This document shows positions 28,892 through 30,211 of a stretch of DNA of 30,211 nucleotides, piece after piece. The notes under the pieces are model-generated. The model saw only the letters and a program-made list of their open reading frames with translations. It was not told where the DNA came from and searched no databases. The stretch's first letter is position 1; the number at the start of each line of letters is the position of its first letter. Position numbers and translations under genes: made by a program. This DNA comes from Sporichthyaceae bacterium (GTDB taxonomy: Bacteria > Actinomycetota > Actinomycetes > JACCUZ01): contig JBDUAP010000001.1 of assembly GCA_040004585.1 (NCBI GenBank), positions 1 through 30,211 of the forward strand, given 5' to 3'.

Positions 28892-28983
28892 GTTCTGCTC
28901 CGTTTCTCCTGGAATCGTGTCCGTGAACCTGCCTGCACGCGACCCGCAGGGGCGAAACAGGATTGACCCGATCGGGCGAGTGC

Positions 28984-29352
28984 TCAGGCGGAGATCGACA
29001 GCCCGATCGCGAGCCCCGCTGCGGCGAGCCCCAGACCGCCCACCACGCTGAGTCCCAGGGTGGCCACCGCGCGCGACGGCGTCCCCCGCTCCACGAGGGC
29101 GACGGTCTCCCACGCGAGCGCCGACACCGTCGTGAAGGCGCCGCAGAATCCCACACCGAGGAGGGTCACCACGTCGTCGGGCGTGGCAGCGGACAGCCCG
29201 ATCAGCAGCCCGAAGGCGGCGCTGCCCAGCAGGTTCACGGTGAGGGTGCCCCACGGCAGCCGGTCGCCAAAGCGGGCTGTCACTGCGACATCGACGAGGT
29301 AGCGGCAGGCGGCGCCCACCGCGCCGCCGATCGCCACGAGTGCCCAGGTCAC
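28984..29352 (-). CDS. crcB: Fluoride channel Fluc/CrcB subunit
   Basis: GGAVGAACRY, LPWGTLTVNLLG, GFCGAFTTVS; GTGA overlap with the upstream crcB. Confidence 0.88.
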   Translation of the reverse strand: MTWALVAIGGAVGAACRYLVDVAVTARFGDRLPWGTLTVNLLGSAAFGLLIGLSAATPDDVVTLLGVGFCGAFTTVSALAWETVALVERGTPSRAVATLGLSVVGGLGLAAAGLAIGLSISA

Positions 29353-29798
29353 CAGGCAGTCCCGGCATCAGGGCCGGCCAGAGCCCGGCGCGAGAGCAGG
29401 AGTCCGAGCCAACAGCCGACCAGGATCGCCGCGAGGTTGGCAGCGACATAGCCCAGCGCGAGACCGGGCCGGTCGAAACGGACCAGCTGCACCGCGTCGA
29501 CCGAGAGTGTCGAGAAGGTGGTGTAGCCACCCAGCAGGCCGGTGCCCAGCAGCGGCCGGGCGAAGCGGTCGCGCGGGAAGCGCGTGGCCAGGACGGCGAG
29601 CAGTACGCCGAGCAGGGCAGCCCCAGACGCGTTGGTCACCAGCGTCGACCAAGGCCACTGATCTGCCCGATGCGGCCAGAGGTCGGCAAGGCCCGCTCGG
29701 GCGAGGGCACCGACGGCGCCGCCGAGGCCGACAACCGCAGCAGCGACCAGCGGCGAGGGGCGCGCGGCGGGTGCCGGCAGGTCGGGATCGACGCTCAC
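29349..29798 (-). CDS. crcB: Fluoride channel Fluc/CrcB subunit
   Basis: GGAVGALAR, WPWSTLVTNASG, GTGLLGGYTTFS; start GTG 29798 overlaps the upstream stop. Confidence 0.88.
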   Translation of the reverse strand: MSVDPDLPAPAARPSPLVAAAVVGLGGAVGALARAGLADLWPHRADQWPWSTLVTNASGAALLGVLLAVLATRFPRDRFARPLLGTGLLGGYTTFSTLSVDAVQLVRFDRPGLALGYVAANLAAILVGCWLGLLLSRRALAGPDAGTAW

Positions 29799-30211
29799 GC
29801 GCAGCAGGTGTCCTCGAGCGAGGTGGCCCGCCAGCTGCGGACCCCCTCGACCGCGGCCAGTCCGGCGACCACCAAGGCGGCTGCGGGGTCGGCCCACCAC
29901 CAGCCGAACGCTGCGTTGAGGCCAAGGCCGACGAGGACGACAGCCGACAGCACGGCGCACAGCTGGGTCTGCTGTGCCTCCCGCTCCTGGGCCCGGCTGC
30001 CGAGGGCTGGCGCCAGGCGCCGCTTGGCCCGGGCGAGCAGGGGCATCACCAGCAACGACAGGGACGCGAGCACGATCCCGACCGTGCTGGCGGAAGGCTC
30101 GTGGCCACGCACCAGGTTCAGAACGGACTGCACGCCGACGTAGCCGGCAAGGGCGAAGAACGAGATCGCGAGCGCTCGGGTCGCCCGTCGGTCGTCGGGT
30201 TGCCGGCAGCC
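29795..30211 (-). CDS. CDF-like (TMEM163-type) cation transporter, 5'-truncated by window edge
   Basis: Open to the edge: ..ALAISFFALAGYVGVQSV..EPSASTVGIVLASLSLLVMPLLARAKRRL..QTQLC..GWWWADPAAAL..EG..W..DTCCA. Confidence 0.8.
   Translation of the reverse strand, partial: GCRQPDDRRATRALAISFFALAGYVGVQSVLNLVRGHEPSASTVGIVLASLSLLVMPLLARAKRRLAPALGSRAQEREAQQTQLCAVLSAVVLVGLGLNAAFGWWWADPAAALVVAGLAAVEGVRSWRATSLEDTCCA

Noticed and set aside
28892-28983. Fluoride riboswitch or other ncRNA near crcB
   Set aside because: This spacer is downstream of crcB and shows no recognisable riboswitch consensus; any such element would lie beyond the window end.
28892-29530. N-terminal extension of the repeat protein to 432 aa
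   Set aside because: Overlaps both crcB genes in another frame; the SD-led ATG 28891 marks the real start.
25680-30211. Intact integrative element or prophage at tRNA-Arg
   Set aside because: No integrase, transposase or duplicated tRNA 3' end found by eye within the window; kept only as a weak island hypothesis.

Overview
High-GC actinobacterial (Actinomycetota) chromosome segment. Bases ~2-25750 are mostly a conserved housekeeping block whose gene order resembles the mycobacterial Rv2465c-Rv2478c / streptomycete region (my recollection of that synteny, not computed here): rpiB, DsbA-like mycothiol reductase, pepN, CtaI/CtaJ-like pair, malQ, HNH, prolyl oligopeptidase, MscS, osmC, truncated globin, GH13 glucosidase, MMPL, thioesterase, ettA, ssb paralog, two dynamin-like GTPases and tRNA-Arg(TCT). 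Two accessory items stand out. (1) Just past the tRNA is a two-gene cassette. It encodes a 219-aa acidic protein with a non-Sec leader and two ~78-aa Ala/Asn/Asp/Ile-rich beta-type repeats, followed 9 nt later by a 780-aa membrane protein. That protein combines a PqqD/RRE-like N-terminal domain, an M50/YydH-like peptidase core whose HExxH reads HKFGH, and a C-terminal domain with two CxxC motifs. This is a candidate leader-guided export/assembly system for an amyloid-like or fibre protein. (2) A small secreted protein (920-1450) has the sequence pattern of an aerolysin/ETX-MTX2-type beta-pore-forming module. The window ends in a translationally coupled cation transporter-crcB-crcB cassette. 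No CRISPR, rRNA, integrase or transposase was seen. All family calls come from motifs read by eye; no database searches were run.
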